Shown piece by piece: positions 10,092-19,600 of a stretch of DNA of 64,000 bases (position 1 is its first letter; each line of letters begins with the position of its first letter). The translations under genes and the position numbers were made by a program. Under the pieces are notes generated by a model. That model saw only the letters and a list, made by a program, of their open reading frames with translations. It had not been told where the DNA came from and made no database searches. The stretch comes from Nitrosopumilus sp. (GTDB taxonomy: Archaea; Thermoproteota; Nitrososphaeria; Nitrososphaerales; Nitrosopumilaceae): contig CBDBLO010000002.1 of assembly GCA_965207075.1 (NCBI GenBank), positions 1,472,001 to 1,536,000 of the forward strand. Reading direction: 5' to 3'.

Positions 10092-11450
10092 TCACGGCAC
10101 GAGCCGGTCGACGTCCCGCGGGTAGAACGTCGCATCCCTGATGTTCGCGGTTCCCGTGAGCGCCATGAGGAGCCTCTCAAGTCCGATGCCGCATCCCGCA
10201 TGGGGGGGCACGCCATAGTCGAACGCGCCCAGATGGTACCCGAAGGAGTCGACGTTCATGCCCTTTGCCCTCATGCGCGACTCCAGGTCCTCCCGCCTCC
10301 CGATACGCGTGCTGCCAGAGGATATCTCCAGCTCACCATACATTAGATCAAACGACTCGGAGATGCGCTGCTGTTGTTTGTCACCGGCGCCGTCGGCTCC
10401 CCCTCCGGACTCTTTTACGTAAAACGGCTTTGGCCCGAGCGGCCAGTCCACAATAAAATAGAACCCGTCCAGCCCGAGCCTTTTGAGGTCGGACGGATAG
10501 AGATCGTCGCCCCACTGCGTCTTTGCCCCGGCATCCTGCAGCCTGTCGACCAAGCTGCTGTACGTGTGGCGCGGTATGGAGTCTGGAGTCTCGGGGACCG
10601 TAATGGAGACATCCCCGTCCGCGATCCTCTTGGCCCCCTCCAGGTACGAGCGTGCCGCGTCCGCAGACTCCCTTATCAGGGACGCTATCCGGTCCATCAC
10701 GTCGTTGTAGTCCACAAACGCCTCCTCCAGGTCGATGGATATCGCCTCAGAGAGGTGTCTCGGCGTCCGGGAGGCCTCGGCCCTGAATATCGGGGCGATT
10801 TCAAACACCTTCTCAAAGCTCATTGTGAGCTGCTCCTTGTACAGCTGCGGGCTTTGCGCCAAAAACGCGGGTTTGTCATAATAGAATATCGAGAAGAGTG
10901 CGGCCCCGCCCTCCGTCGCGCTTGATATTATCTTGGGGGTGTTTATCTCTATGAACCCCTCGCGCTCAAAATAGTCCCGGACGGCGCGCAGTATGCGGCT
11001 GCGCATCTTGAAGGTGTGCTGCAGCACGGACCTGCGCAGGTCTATGGGCCTGGCCTCCAGCCGGGTGTCGATGTTCTTGACGGTCTTTGCGACTGGCTCA
11101 AACGGCGGTATCTTCTGCACGCTTGAGAATATGCGGAGCTCTGCAGGGACGACCTCAAAGCCGCGGGGCGCCCTTGGCGAGGCCCTCAGGATTCCGCGGA
11201 CGGCCACGGAGGAGTGCGCCTTGAGCGACGACAGTGCCTCGCGCACCTCGTCGGGGCATTCCCCTCCCTTTTTTGCGACTATCGGAACCTCCCCGTCCCT
11301 GTCGCATATGGTCGCAAACGTGATGCCGCCGTGCCCGCGGACTGTCAAAAGCCACCCCATGACGGTCACGTCCTGCCCGTCCATTCCCTCTGAAAGATCC
11401 GAGGAGTAGTGCGTGCGCCTCAGGCCTCCGAGATCACTTGAGATTGCCAT
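10092..11450 (-). CDS. aspS: Aspartyl-tRNA synthetase (archaeal, probably non-discriminating)
   Basis: OB-fold N-terminus, LAQSPQLYK, FRAE and PPHAGCGIGLERL motifs; next to gatCAB. Confidence 0.97.
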   Translation of the reverse strand: MAISSDLGGLRRTHYSSDLSEGMDGQDVTVMGWLLTVRGHGGITFATICDRDGEVPIVAKKGGECPDEVREALSSLKAHSSVAVRGILRASPRAPRGFEVVPAELRIFSSVQKIPPFEPVAKTVKNIDTRLEARPIDLRRSVLQHTFKMRSRILRAVRDYFEREGFIEINTPKIISSATEGGAALFSIFYYDKPAFLAQSPQLYKEQLTMSFEKVFEIAPIFRAEASRTPRHLSEAISIDLEEAFVDYNDVMDRIASLIRESADAARSYLEGAKRIADGDVSITVPETPDSIPRHTYSSLVDRLQDAGAKTQWGDDLYPSDLKRLGLDGFYFIVDWPLGPKPFYVKESGGGADGAGDKQQQRISESFDLMYGELEISSGSTRIGRREDLESRMRAKGMNVDSFGYHLGAFDYGVPPHAGCGIGLERLLMALTGTANIRDATFYPRDVDRLVP

Positions 11451-11744
11451 GCCGTGCGTGCGACACGAGAGCTAATTAGTTTTTGTCACGGCGGGGGGGA
11501 TGCGCCCAGACCGTGCCTCTGGCGAGAGGAAGCAGGCCGCAGGGCTGCGCGCGTTCAAAAAAAGATGCGGGTCCACCTACCCGTCCGACACGCGGCATCG
11601 GCCCGCAGGCTAAGACATGCGGGCGGGCGGCCGCGGCAATCCGGCACGGATGGGATCGCCGGCCCGCGGCGCCGCGTTACGGCATGCTGCGCCGCGCAGC
11701 CGTGCGCGAATCCTTATAATGAGTACCCCTACAGCAACGGCATA

Positions 11745-11963
11745 TTGGACGTGCTCATCGGGTTGGTCATCGCCACCTTTATCATCGCAGGCGCATACGT
11801 GGGCTACCACTACTCGCAGGACCCAAGCAACTTTGAGAGTCACGATGCGGAGATGCCCCACGCGCCACAGGCCCTCTCAGTATCGCATCATACAGGCCAT
11901 GGCGCAGCCCACGCGCTCCACGCGCCGGCCTTGGGCGAGCGCGGCGCCTACGCGGCGCTATGA
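11745..11963 (+). CDS. Small membrane protein, hypothetical
   Basis: TTG start gives LDVLIGLVIATFIIAGAYVGYHYS (one TM helix) plus a His-rich tail; TTATAA upstream. Confidence 0.5.
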   Translation: MDVLIGLVIATFIIAGAYVGYHYSQDPSNFESHDAEMPHAPQALSVSHHTGHGAAHALHAPALGERGAYAAL

Positions 11964-12082
11964 TCGTCGGTACCAACAACAACAACAACAGCAGCAACAA
12001 CAACGGTGACGACGTCACCTCTGGACTGCATGCGAGCCGCATGCTGCGATCTGATTAAATTACGCGGCGCCAGAGCCCCCGC

Positions 12083-12289
12083 ATGCTGACTGACCGCGAA
12101 ACCACTATAGCTCTGGTCGCAAACGCAATAGCGGTATACTCCATACTCAGCGAGCGCGGCGAGCTGCCGGACGGGAGCAACATGTACGGATTCGTGCTCG
12201 ATGCGGTTCCGGCCGCGCACAGGGACGGAATGACCCCCGACATGATAGAAGAGGTATTCGAGTCCGTAACGCTAGCCCACAATTCATAA
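12083..12289 (+). CDS. Hypothetical protein
   Basis: 68-aa ORF with ATTAAAT box upstream, directly before purP. Confidence 0.7.
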   Translation: MLTDRETTIALVANAIAVYSILSERGELPDGSNMYGFVLDAVPAAHRDGMTPDMIEEVFESVTLAHNS

Positions 12290-12311
12290 GACATGCAGGC
12301 GCACCGCGCGC

Positions 12312-13352
12312 ATGGCAGAGCCCGTCTCCGTGGCAACCCTGGGCTCGCACTGCGCGCTGCAGGTGCTAAAGGGCGCAAGCGACGAGGGGCTCAGGACCGT
12401 CCTCGTGTGCGAAAAGAGGCGCGAGCGCCTCTACAAGAGGTTCCCGTTCATAGACGACATGATCACAGTAGACTCGTTTCGAGAGATACTTGCAGAGCCC
12501 TGCCAGGACCGGCTGCGGGAATCCAACGCGGTGCTGGTTCCCCACGGCACCCTGATCGCGCAGATGAGCTCGGACGAGATAGAGTCCATCAGGACGCCCG
12601 TGTTCGGAAACAAGTGGATACTGCGGTGGGAATCGGACCGCTCCATGAAGGAGGAGCTCATGCGAAGGGCCGACCTGAGGATGCCGGACCCCATAGCCAC
12701 CCCCGAGGACATCGACGGGGCAACAATAGTAAAGCGTCAGGGGGCCGCAGGCGGCAAGGGATACTTTATCGCGGCAAGCGCTGACGACTACAGTGCAAAG
12801 CGCGACACGCTTGTCAAGAGCGGCACCATATCTGCAGACGAGCCGCTCTACATACAGAGGTACGCGTCGGGGGTGCTTGCATACCTGCAGTTCTTTTACT
12901 CGCCCCTGCGCGGCGACATAGAGTTCTTCGGGGCCGACCAGAGGCACGAGTCGGACATAGAGGGGCTGGCCCGGGTCCCCGCAAAAGAGCAGCTTGCCGG
13001 AGGCGTCTCCGACGTGCCGTCATTCAACGTGATAGGAAACACGCCGATCGTGCTGCGCGAGTCCCTGCTCGAGGAGGCGTACGCAATGGGCGAGAGGTTT
13101 GTAAGCGCCTCGCGCGACGCGGTGCCGCCCGGGATGAACGGGCCGTTCTGCATCGAGGGGGTATACGACGAGGACGCGAAGTTCACGGCCTTTGAGTTCT
13201 CGGCAAGGATAGTGGCGGGCACCAACATCTACATGGACGGCTCGCCCTACTACTCACTCCTGTACGGCGAGCCCATGAGCATGGGGAGACGCATAGCCCG
13301 CGAGATAAGGCAGGCGTCGGAGGCAGGCAGGCTTGGCGACGTGACCACGTGA
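12312..13352 (+). CDS. purP: Formate-AICAR ligase (ATP-grasp)
   Basis: ATLGSHCALQ, GGKGYF, GPFCIE, FEFSARIVAGTN and MSMGRRIAREI motifs. Confidence 0.95.
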   Translation: MAEPVSVATLGSHCALQVLKGASDEGLRTVLVCEKRRERLYKRFPFIDDMITVDSFREILAEPCQDRLRESNAVLVPHGTLIAQMSSDEIESIRTPVFGNKWILRWESDRSMKEELMRRADLRMPDPIATPEDIDGATIVKRQGAAGGKGYFIAASADDYSAKRDTLVKSGTISADEPLYIQRYASGVLAYLQFFYSPLRGDIEFFGADQRHESDIEGLARVPAKEQLAGGVSDVPSFNVIGNTPIVLRESLLEEAYAMGERFVSASRDAVPPGMNGPFCIEGVYDEDAKFTAFEFSARIVAGTNIYMDGSPYYSLLYGEPMSMGRRIAREIRQASEAGRLGDVTT

Positions 13353-13398
13353 CGACGACGACGACGACTACGACTACTACTACTACTACTGTTGCTAC
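13351..13398. repeat. Trinucleotide microsatellite (GAC/TAC)n
   Basis: GACGACGACGACGACGACTACGACTACTACTACTACTAC between convergent genes. Confidence 0.9.
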
Positions 13399-13406
13399 CG
13401 CTGCAG

Positions 13407-13763
13407 TCACGAACCAGACTTTTGCTTTGGGTTTGAGGTGTTCGGGTATATGTTGAGGACGGGCTCGTGTCCGTCTATGGTTATCTCCACCTTGCCTATG
13501 CGGCTGCGGTACATCTTGATCTTCTTTCCCTCCGGCGATATGTCAAACCTGTCGACCTCGGCCAGGGCCAGGTACTCGAGCGTCGCAAACGACTTGTACA
13601 CCGTCGACGCGGACAGGTTCAGCTCGCGTGCCACCTCGGCCGCGTCCTTTGAGCGCTCCCGGACCGCAAACAGCACGGACCTTATGCAGACGTTGCTGAG
13701 CGCCTCCATCATCCTCTGCGTGACGTCCACTTCGGAGAGCTCTATGATTCCGGGCTTTGACAA
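13407..13763 (-). CDS. Winged-helix (ArsR-like) transcriptional regulator
   Basis: AAEVARELNLSASTVYK HTH and GKKIKMYRSRI wing. Confidence 0.85.
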   Translation of the reverse strand: MSKPGIIELSEVDVTQRMMEALSNVCIRSVLFAVRERSKDAAEVARELNLSASTVYKSFATLEYLALAEVDRFDISPEGKKIKMYRSRIGKVEITIDGHEPVLNIYPNTSNPKQKSGS

Positions 13764-13774
13764 TTCTCACGCAC

Positions 13775-14104
13775 CTAGTTGGGCACAAGGGTAAGCACGG
13801 GCTCGGGCTTGCCTATGGATATGTCGGCCCTCTTGATCCGGCTGCGATACATCTTCAGCCGCCTGCCCCTGTCAGAAAGGACGGTCCTTTCAACCTCGAT
13901 CAGCGTCAGGGCCTGCAGCTCGGACAGCTTTTTGTAGACGGAGCTGAGCGGTATGCGCAACCGGCCCGCAAGCTCCGGCGCTGACTTTGATTTTTTGATT
14001 ATGGAGAACAGGATGGCCCTCGACTCGGCGTCGGCGAGCGCCAGAATCACCTTCTGGTTTACGTCGTACTTTTTCAGCTGCGGCAGGGTGAATTTTGGCA
14101 ACAC
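13775..14104 (-). CDS. Winged-helix (ArsR-like) transcriptional regulator
   Basis: APELAGRLRIPLSSVYKKL HTH and GRRLKMYRSRI wing; tandem paralogue. Confidence 0.85.
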   Translation of the reverse strand: MLPKFTLPQLKKYDVNQKVILALADAESRAILFSIIKKSKSAPELAGRLRIPLSSVYKKLSELQALTLIEVERTVLSDRGRRLKMYRSRIKRADISIGKPEPVLTLVPN

Positions 14105-14173
14105 GTATGCATGGTGTGGAATCTATTTAAGCGGATTGTCCAATTCTCAATATATGGAATCAGAATCAATACT

Positions 14174-14416
14174 TCAGCGGGGTTGCACGGGCGCCCAGCG
14201 GCTGCGGAGCGGCCACAGCGCCCCCAGTATCACGCCCGCCGCGGCCCAGAAGGACGCCGCGGCCGCGATCGACGCGGCCCTGAACCCGTCAAGCAGGGCG
14301 CCGTCCAGGCCCGGCTCTGGATCCGGGTTTGAGGGCATTGCAAGCAGCAGTATGGCCGCGAGGTGGCCGCCGCGCTGCCACTCGCGGTACGGCTCGTATG
14401 CGTCCCCGAATTCCAC
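14174..14416 (-). pseudogene. Internally deleted cbtA remnant
   Basis: YEPYREWQRGG joined almost directly to MPSNPD...GFRAAS...FWAAAGVILGALW; both segments match the intact CbtA next door. Confidence 0.75.
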
Positions 14417-14689
14417 GGGGTCAGATTTTGCCGTACCGCTTTACGTGTGGTTAATTGGGCACACTTCGCCTAACCGGGCCCTACAAAATACGGTCATTGC
14501 AGGCCACGGCGTCGGGATGTATTGCAAGATTATACCTCCTGCCTGCAAGCGGCCGCAAGCCCAAGGACGTAAAACCCGGCCCTAAAGCGGAATAGATCTG
14601 ACGAACCGCCAACCTGCAGGGGTTGCGCGGTTACTTTGGCCCCGGCACAGAACTGTGCACAAGCTTGCCGCGCCGCAGGCCAGAGCGAG

Positions 14690-15427
14690 TCATCCACTCT
14701 GGCTTTTTGAGAATATCTCAGAATCGGGCCTTAGTCTGTGCCACAACACACCCAAAATTACCGCCGCAGATGCCCAAAAGATGGTTACTGTCACCACGGA
14801 CGCCGCCCTGAACCCGTTTACCAGATCCATCGGGGCAGTCACTTCGTCGGGGTTGTCGGGCATCAAGACAAATACCGTCCCGATGAACGCTGCATATCCT
14901 ACAAATGCCAGTGCCCGGGCGTTCTGTCGCAGGCGCCTGTACACCTGATAGAATCCCACTGCGCCAAATCCCGAGATTGCAATAAAAGACAGGTACAGGA
15001 CTGCCCTCAGGACCACGGTCTCTCCGTCTCCGACAGTCGGGGGATTTGCAGGATACTTTAGGAAGGGAATCAGGTATAGCGTGCACCACATTATTCCGGC
15101 AAGCAGGATTGCCTTCTTTACATCCGTATTTCCAGGCAGTGCCCGTCTTGAGAATGCATAGACTATTCCAAACAGGGCGCCTATGGACGTGCCCAATATT
15201 GCGCCGGCCAAAACCTGCCCGCCCTTTTGCCAGTCGCGATATGCGTTGTACGATGTCCAAAATTCGGGCGTGTCTTCCTCCTCGCCTGACGTAAAGAGAT
15301 TCTGGTTTTCAATTCCTATGGCCTCGTCAAGGTACGGCTCCACTATTGCAAGGTTTGCCATCCCGTGAATTGCTCCGGCCAGGGCTCCGGAAACCAGTAC
15401 AATAAAGACAAAAAGAAGCGCTTTCGT
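14690..15427 (-). CDS. cbtA: Predicted cobalt transporter subunit CbtA
   Basis: VEPYLDEAIGIE, PFLKYPANPPTVG and FRAAS motifs, several TM helices; frame stays open 22 codons upstream of the ATG to an ACG at 15427 preceded by AGGTGA. Confidence 0.9.
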   Translation of the reverse strand, partial: TKALLFVFIVLVSGALAGAIHGMANLAIVEPYLDEAIGIENQNLFTSGEEEDTPEFWTSYNAYRDWQKGGQVLAGAILGTSIGALFGIVYAFSRRALPGNTDVKKAILLAGIMWCTLYLIPFLKYPANPPTVGDGETVVLRAVLYLSFIAISGFGAVGFYQVYRRLRQNARALAFVGYAAFIGTVFVLMPDNPDEVTAPMDLVNGFRAASVVTVTIFWASAAVILGVLWHRLRPDSEIFSKSQSG

Positions 15428-15437
15428 GGTCTTTCAC

Positions 15438-15650
15438 CTAGTGGCAGGGGAATCCGGCCGCATGTCGCATATCGTGGGTCAGCTCGTGAAGGTAGAGCTC
15501 ATCAAAAGCCTCTGCCCCTTGGACTATGCTAAAGAGATGTCCCTGGTCATATCCTACAACGAATAGTCCAAATGCAAAGACGGCCGCAAGTAGTGCGATC
15601 GCAAGCATCGGAGGCTTGCTGGCCGTAGTCGTGATCTGCTCTTGTATCAT
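15438..15650 (-). CDS. cbtB: Predicted cobalt transporter subunit CbtB
   Basis: One TM helix plus HELTHDMRHAAGFPCH C-terminus; GGGGTGA SD upstream. Confidence 0.93.
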   Translation of the reverse strand: MIQEQITTTASKPPMLAIALLAAVFAFGLFVVGYDQGHLFSIVQGAEAFDELYLHELTHDMRHAAGFPCH

Positions 15651-15802
15651 AGCGACCGTTCACCCCCTATGCCTACACCGCAAAACGGATGGTCAAATCC
15701 GTGCCCGAATCTGAGACGGGCCGAACGGCTGCCTGCTAGTGCAACCGGTACAGGCCTTGGCACCGTACCCATGAATATCGTTGCTGCTTTGATCCCAGAC
15801 AT
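15647..15802 (-). CDS. Putative 51-aa upstream ORF coupled to cbtB
   Basis: Manual translation MSGIKAATIFMGTVPRPVPVALAGSRSARLRFGHGFDHPFCGVGIGGERSL; stop overlaps the cbtB start (ATGA); TTTAAATA about 27 nt upstream. Confidence 0.4.
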   Translation of the reverse strand: MSGIKAATIFMGTVPRPVPVALAGSRSARLRFGHGFDHPFCGVGIGGERSL

Positions 15803-15826
15803 ATGCACGACCCCGTACGGAACTTA

Positions 15827-15860
15827 TTTAAAGCCTTGGATACAACATCCAATTTATAAA
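15827..15860. promoter_or_regulatory. Divergent promoter region with palindrome TTGGAT-N5-ATCCAA
   Basis: Perfect 6-bp inverted repeat at 15836-15852 between TATA-like TTTAAA (15827-15832) and TTTATAAA (15853-15860). Confidence 0.55.
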
Positions 15861-15866
15861 TCAAAG

Positions 15867-16493
15867 ATGACCCACAACCCAGAGCATGTCAAACAGTTGG
15901 AGGATATCGCATCTGCAAAGGGCCAGACCAGGCCGCTCACATTTGGCGTGCCGCACGTCTTCAAGGCGCTGCAGCTGCTGCAGCAGGACCGGTTTGTAAG
16001 CCGTAATTCCTTTTGTGGTGCCCTTCATCTTGGCGAGGGTGCGGTAAAGACGGTGATACGACGGCTCAAGGCGCACGGATTGGCAGACTCGATCCGCTCT
16101 GGCACATACCTTACTCCTGACGGCACAGTACTGGCAAGATCCCTTGCCGCCGTCATCTCGTGCGAGGTACCCGTAAAGTCCGCGATCCTAGGAGACCTGC
16201 ACGGGCACGCCGTCCTGGTGCGCGGGTGCGCCTCACTGGTCCGGACCGGCATTGAGCAGAGGGACTTTGCAATCATGTACGGCGCCTCTGTCGTACTGAC
16301 GCTTGTCTTTTGTAATGGCAATTTTTCATTTCCCGGAGAGCAGACTGGCGCGCTTGAGCTCCATGCAGGGCTGCATCATGCCCTTGACTCCCTTGGCCCT
16401 CAAGAAGGTGATGTCGTAATAATTGCGTCCGGGCCCGATCCGTTTGCCGCAGAGCTCGCGGCCAAAAACTCCGCGCTGCGCACCCTGGCCTGA
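15867..16493 (+). CDS. Winged-helix regulator with C-terminal DUF4443-like domain
   Basis: SRNSFCGALHLGEGAVKTVIRRLK HTH and GIEQRDFAIMYGA motif; divergent from cbtBA. Confidence 0.8.
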   Translation: MTHNPEHVKQLEDIASAKGQTRPLTFGVPHVFKALQLLQQDRFVSRNSFCGALHLGEGAVKTVIRRLKAHGLADSIRSGTYLTPDGTVLARSLAAVISCEVPVKSAILGDLHGHAVLVRGCASLVRTGIEQRDFAIMYGASVVLTLVFCNGNFSFPGEQTGALELHAGLHHALDSLGPQEGDVVIIASGPDPFAAELAAKNSALRTLA

Positions 16494-17044
16494 TTCTGCA
16501 CGCATGACCTGGATACGCATGCGTGCTGACGGACCCGAGAATGCCCCAATTCCCGCCTTTTCCAGACTTTGCCGTTATTGACCCGGAGCGGCTCGGATAG
16601 CCTCGTTTCTTAATCCCCCGTGCACGCCGGCCGAATCCCTACCGGACTGCAAATGGCGCACCTACGAGCACAGTCAGGAAACAGAGTTGTTCGGATGGCT
16701 CTTGTGCACCGATATCCAAATGCAGAATCAGTACTCGCCCACAAAGACGCGATCAGGCAGAGGGTGCAGGACGCGCTCAGTTTATGATTCCGTCGCTGTC
16801 AAGTTCAAACGACGCGGCATGCCTGTTTAATGGCCACACGCAGTGTGCATGATTGCAATCCGTAGAAACGATCGTCGACGCATCGGACGCGCCCCGGCCA
16901 AGGCTTGTGCACTTTTCCACATGGACTCGCCAACCGGCGCGAACCGCACACGCGCCCGATAAGGGAGGCAAGCGAAGGGAGCGGCCGAGCCGTACAGGGA
17001 TGCGGCCAAGAACAGTTAATTCACGCCCCGTGTCGCGCCCACCA

Positions 17045-17722
17045 ATGAGGACAGGACTGATGTTCCTTGCAATACCCGTAACACTAGGGATTGCGTTAGG
17101 CGCGTTTGCGTCACAAGCGTACGAGTCACCGGCCGACGGCGCCCAAGATACGGACGCCGGTCACGTCCTTACCGCGTCCGCCCTGACTGCCGGCGGCTCG
17201 CCGGCGCTCGGGGACGCGGCGGCCGAGGTCACCATGGTGGAATGGGGCGACTACCAGTGCACGTACTGCTACCTGTTCCACAAAGGCACGCTCCAGCACA
17301 TCAAGGACTCGTACGTGGAGACTGGCAAGGTGCGCCTCGTGTTCAAGGACTTTGCGCTCAACGGCCCCGACTCGGCGCTCGCCGCGGAGGCCTCTAGGTG
17401 CGCTGCAGAGCAGTCCAGATACTGGGAATACCACGACACGCTATACCGCAACTGGGGCGGCGAGAGGACGGGCTGGATAACGGCGGGGGCCCTTGGCACG
17501 CTTGCGGAGTCGGCGGGGCTTGACATCCCAGAGTATGAGAGGTGCATGGAGTCAGAGAGGCACAGGGACGCGGTCGCAGAGTCGTACAGGGCGGGCCAGG
17601 ACATCGGGATCGACGCAACCCCGTCGTTTATGATATTCGACGACAAGAACGTGGTAAAGATAAGGGGAAACCAGCCGCAGGAAGTCTTTGTGGCCGCCAT
17701 AGAGGGGCTGCTGCAGAACTGA
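17045..17722 (+). CDS. DsbA/thioredoxin-fold protein
   Basis: N-terminal signal/TM, EWGDYQCTYC CxxC motif, GIDATPSF cis-Pro loop. Confidence 0.92.
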   Translation: MRTGLMFLAIPVTLGIALGAFASQAYESPADGAQDTDAGHVLTASALTAGGSPALGDAAAEVTMVEWGDYQCTYCYLFHKGTLQHIKDSYVETGKVRLVFKDFALNGPDSALAAEASRCAAEQSRYWEYHDTLYRNWGGERTGWITAGALGTLAESAGLDIPEYERCMESERHRDAVAESYRAGQDIGIDATPSFMIFDDKNVVKIRGNQPQEVFVAAIEGLLQN

Positions 17723-17845
17723 CCCCGAGACGGCATGTCGGGCCGCAGGCGCGTGGCGGCGGCGGTTGCAGCAATGATCGTGGTTGCAGACGTAGCCTTG
17801 CGCGGATTCATGAAATTTAATAACCGACGGACAGAGGCGCGTGTG

Positions 17846-19123
17846 ATGAAAAAGATCGACGTCGAAAAGCAGGACTCTGTAAAGATGTACAGGATACGCC
17901 GCGCCCTGGAGGAGCTGTCGCAAAAGACGGGGCGCGGCACGGAGCTCGTGTCGGTGTACATCCCAAAGAACAAGCAGATGCACGACGTGATAGGCACGCT
18001 GCAGCAGGAGCAGGGGACGGCCGAGAACATAAAGTCCGACACGACCAGGACGCACGTGGTCGACGCCCTCAAGAAGGTGGTGCAGCGACTAAAGCTGTAC
18101 AAAAAGACCCCCGAGCGCGGCCTGGCCGTGTTCTGCGGCGCCCTTCCGCCGGAGGGCGGGGGGCCCCTTGGGAGCGAGGTGGTGAGGATGTGGGAGATAG
18201 ACCCCCCAAAGGATCTCAACCAGTACCTGTACAGGTGCGACAACCACTTCCACGTCGACCTGCTCAAGGACATGCTCAAGGACGACAACATGATAGGGTT
18301 CCTTGCGATAGACGCCAAGGATGCGGGGTGGGGACTGCTGCACGGAAGCAAGATCGAGGTGCTGTCGCGCACCAGCTCGGGCGTGGCAGGCAAGCACAGG
18401 CAGGGGGGGCAGTCCGCAAAAAGGTTTCAAAAGCTCAGGGAGATGCAGCTCACGTACTATTACAACCGCGTGGCCGAGACCACGCGCGAGCTGTTCATCG
18501 ACACGTACAAGATAAAGGGGCTGATAGTGTCGGGCCCCGGCCCTACAAAGGAGGAGTTTGTAAACGGCAGCTACCTGGAGTACAGGCTCCAGAACATGAT
18601 AATAAGCACGATAGACGCGTCGTACTCGGGCGATGAGGGCATCAGGGAGGCCTTTGTGAAAGCGGGGGACATACTGAGTGGCTTCCGCATGGTGGAGGAG
18701 AAGAAGATTGTCGACGACCTCATCAGGGAGATAAACGCGCGCAGCGGCCTCGGGGTTTACGGCCTCTCAGAGATAGTGTCGCACCTCAAGAACAGGGCGG
18801 TCAAAACCGTCATAATCACCGACGACACAAAGCTGCGCCGCGTGGAGTCAGAGTGCAACAGGTGCCACATGACGCGGGAAGAGATTGTCAGCACAGAGGA
18901 GGTGATTCCGACGGAGACTGCGCTTGCAAGCAACCCCTGCCCGTCGTGCAACGCGCTCGACACGGTGACAAGGAACCAGGACATAGTAGACTACCTGCAG
19001 CTGCTCGCCGCGGAGTCCGGATCCGGGATAGAGGTGGTATCAGGAACCGCCGAGCACGGCGCCACGCTCTCAAGCATAGGCAAGATAGGCGCCATCCTCA
19101 GGTACAATCCGGGGCACGGGTAG
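17846..19123 (+). CDS. prf1: Peptide chain release factor aRF1
   Basis: NIKS, YRCD and GGQS motifs; C-terminal GAILRY. Confidence 0.97.
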   Translation: MKKIDVEKQDSVKMYRIRRALEELSQKTGRGTELVSVYIPKNKQMHDVIGTLQQEQGTAENIKSDTTRTHVVDALKKVVQRLKLYKKTPERGLAVFCGALPPEGGGPLGSEVVRMWEIDPPKDLNQYLYRCDNHFHVDLLKDMLKDDNMIGFLAIDAKDAGWGLLHGSKIEVLSRTSSGVAGKHRQGGQSAKRFQKLREMQLTYYYNRVAETTRELFIDTYKIKGLIVSGPGPTKEEFVNGSYLEYRLQNMIISTIDASYSGDEGIREAFVKAGDILSGFRMVEEKKIVDDLIREINARSGLGVYGLSEIVSHLKNRAVKTVIITDDTKLRRVESECNRCHMTREEIVSTEEVIPTETALASNPCPSCNALDTVTRNQDIVDYLQLLAAESGSGIEVVSGTAEHGATLSSIGKIGAILRYNPGHG

Positions 19124-19195
19124 GGGGCTCCGCGCGCCGCATGCCGCGGGATCCCTCGGCGTAACCGGCGCGCCGGAACGGATACCGGCATCATC

Positions 19196-19600
19196 TCAGA
19201 AATGCCCTCGGATCCTCGATGCCAGGCCCGCAAGCTCTCCAGGCTCGGGCATGCCCCGGCTGGTCCACACGGTCTCGCGGCCGCTGTACCGGGGGATGAT
19301 GTGCACGTGCACGTGGGGCACGATCTGACGGGCGGCCCTGCCGTTGTTCTGCCCCAGGCTGAACGCGTCCGCTCCCGTGCCAAGAAGCACCGCCCTCGCT
19401 ATGCGCGGGACGATGGAGAAGAGCCGGCCCGCATCGTCAGTGGGCATGTCAGTTATCATCTCGTGGTGCCTTTTTGGCACCACCAAGCTGTGTCCCTCGG
19501 TTATCGGATAGAGGTCAAGAAACGCAAGGTGCTCCTCGTCCTCGTATATTATGTAGCCCTTTCCTGCGCCCCTGACAATCTCGCAGAACACGCATCCCAT
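19196..19600 (-). CDS. HIT family hydrolase
   Basis: CVFC, GHSLVVPKRH and HVHVHIIPR motifs. Confidence 0.95.
   Translation of the reverse strand: MGCVFCEIVRGAGKGYIIYEDEEHLAFLDLYPITEGHSLVVPKRHHEMITDMPTDDAGRLFSIVPRIARAVLLGTGADAFSLGQNNGRAARQIVPHVHVHIIPRYSGRETVWTSRGMPEPGELAGLASRIRGHF

Noticed and set aside
15651-15826. Cobalamin riboswitch upstream of cbtB
   Set aside because: No B12-box or GGGAA core motifs recognisable by eye; cmscan would settle it
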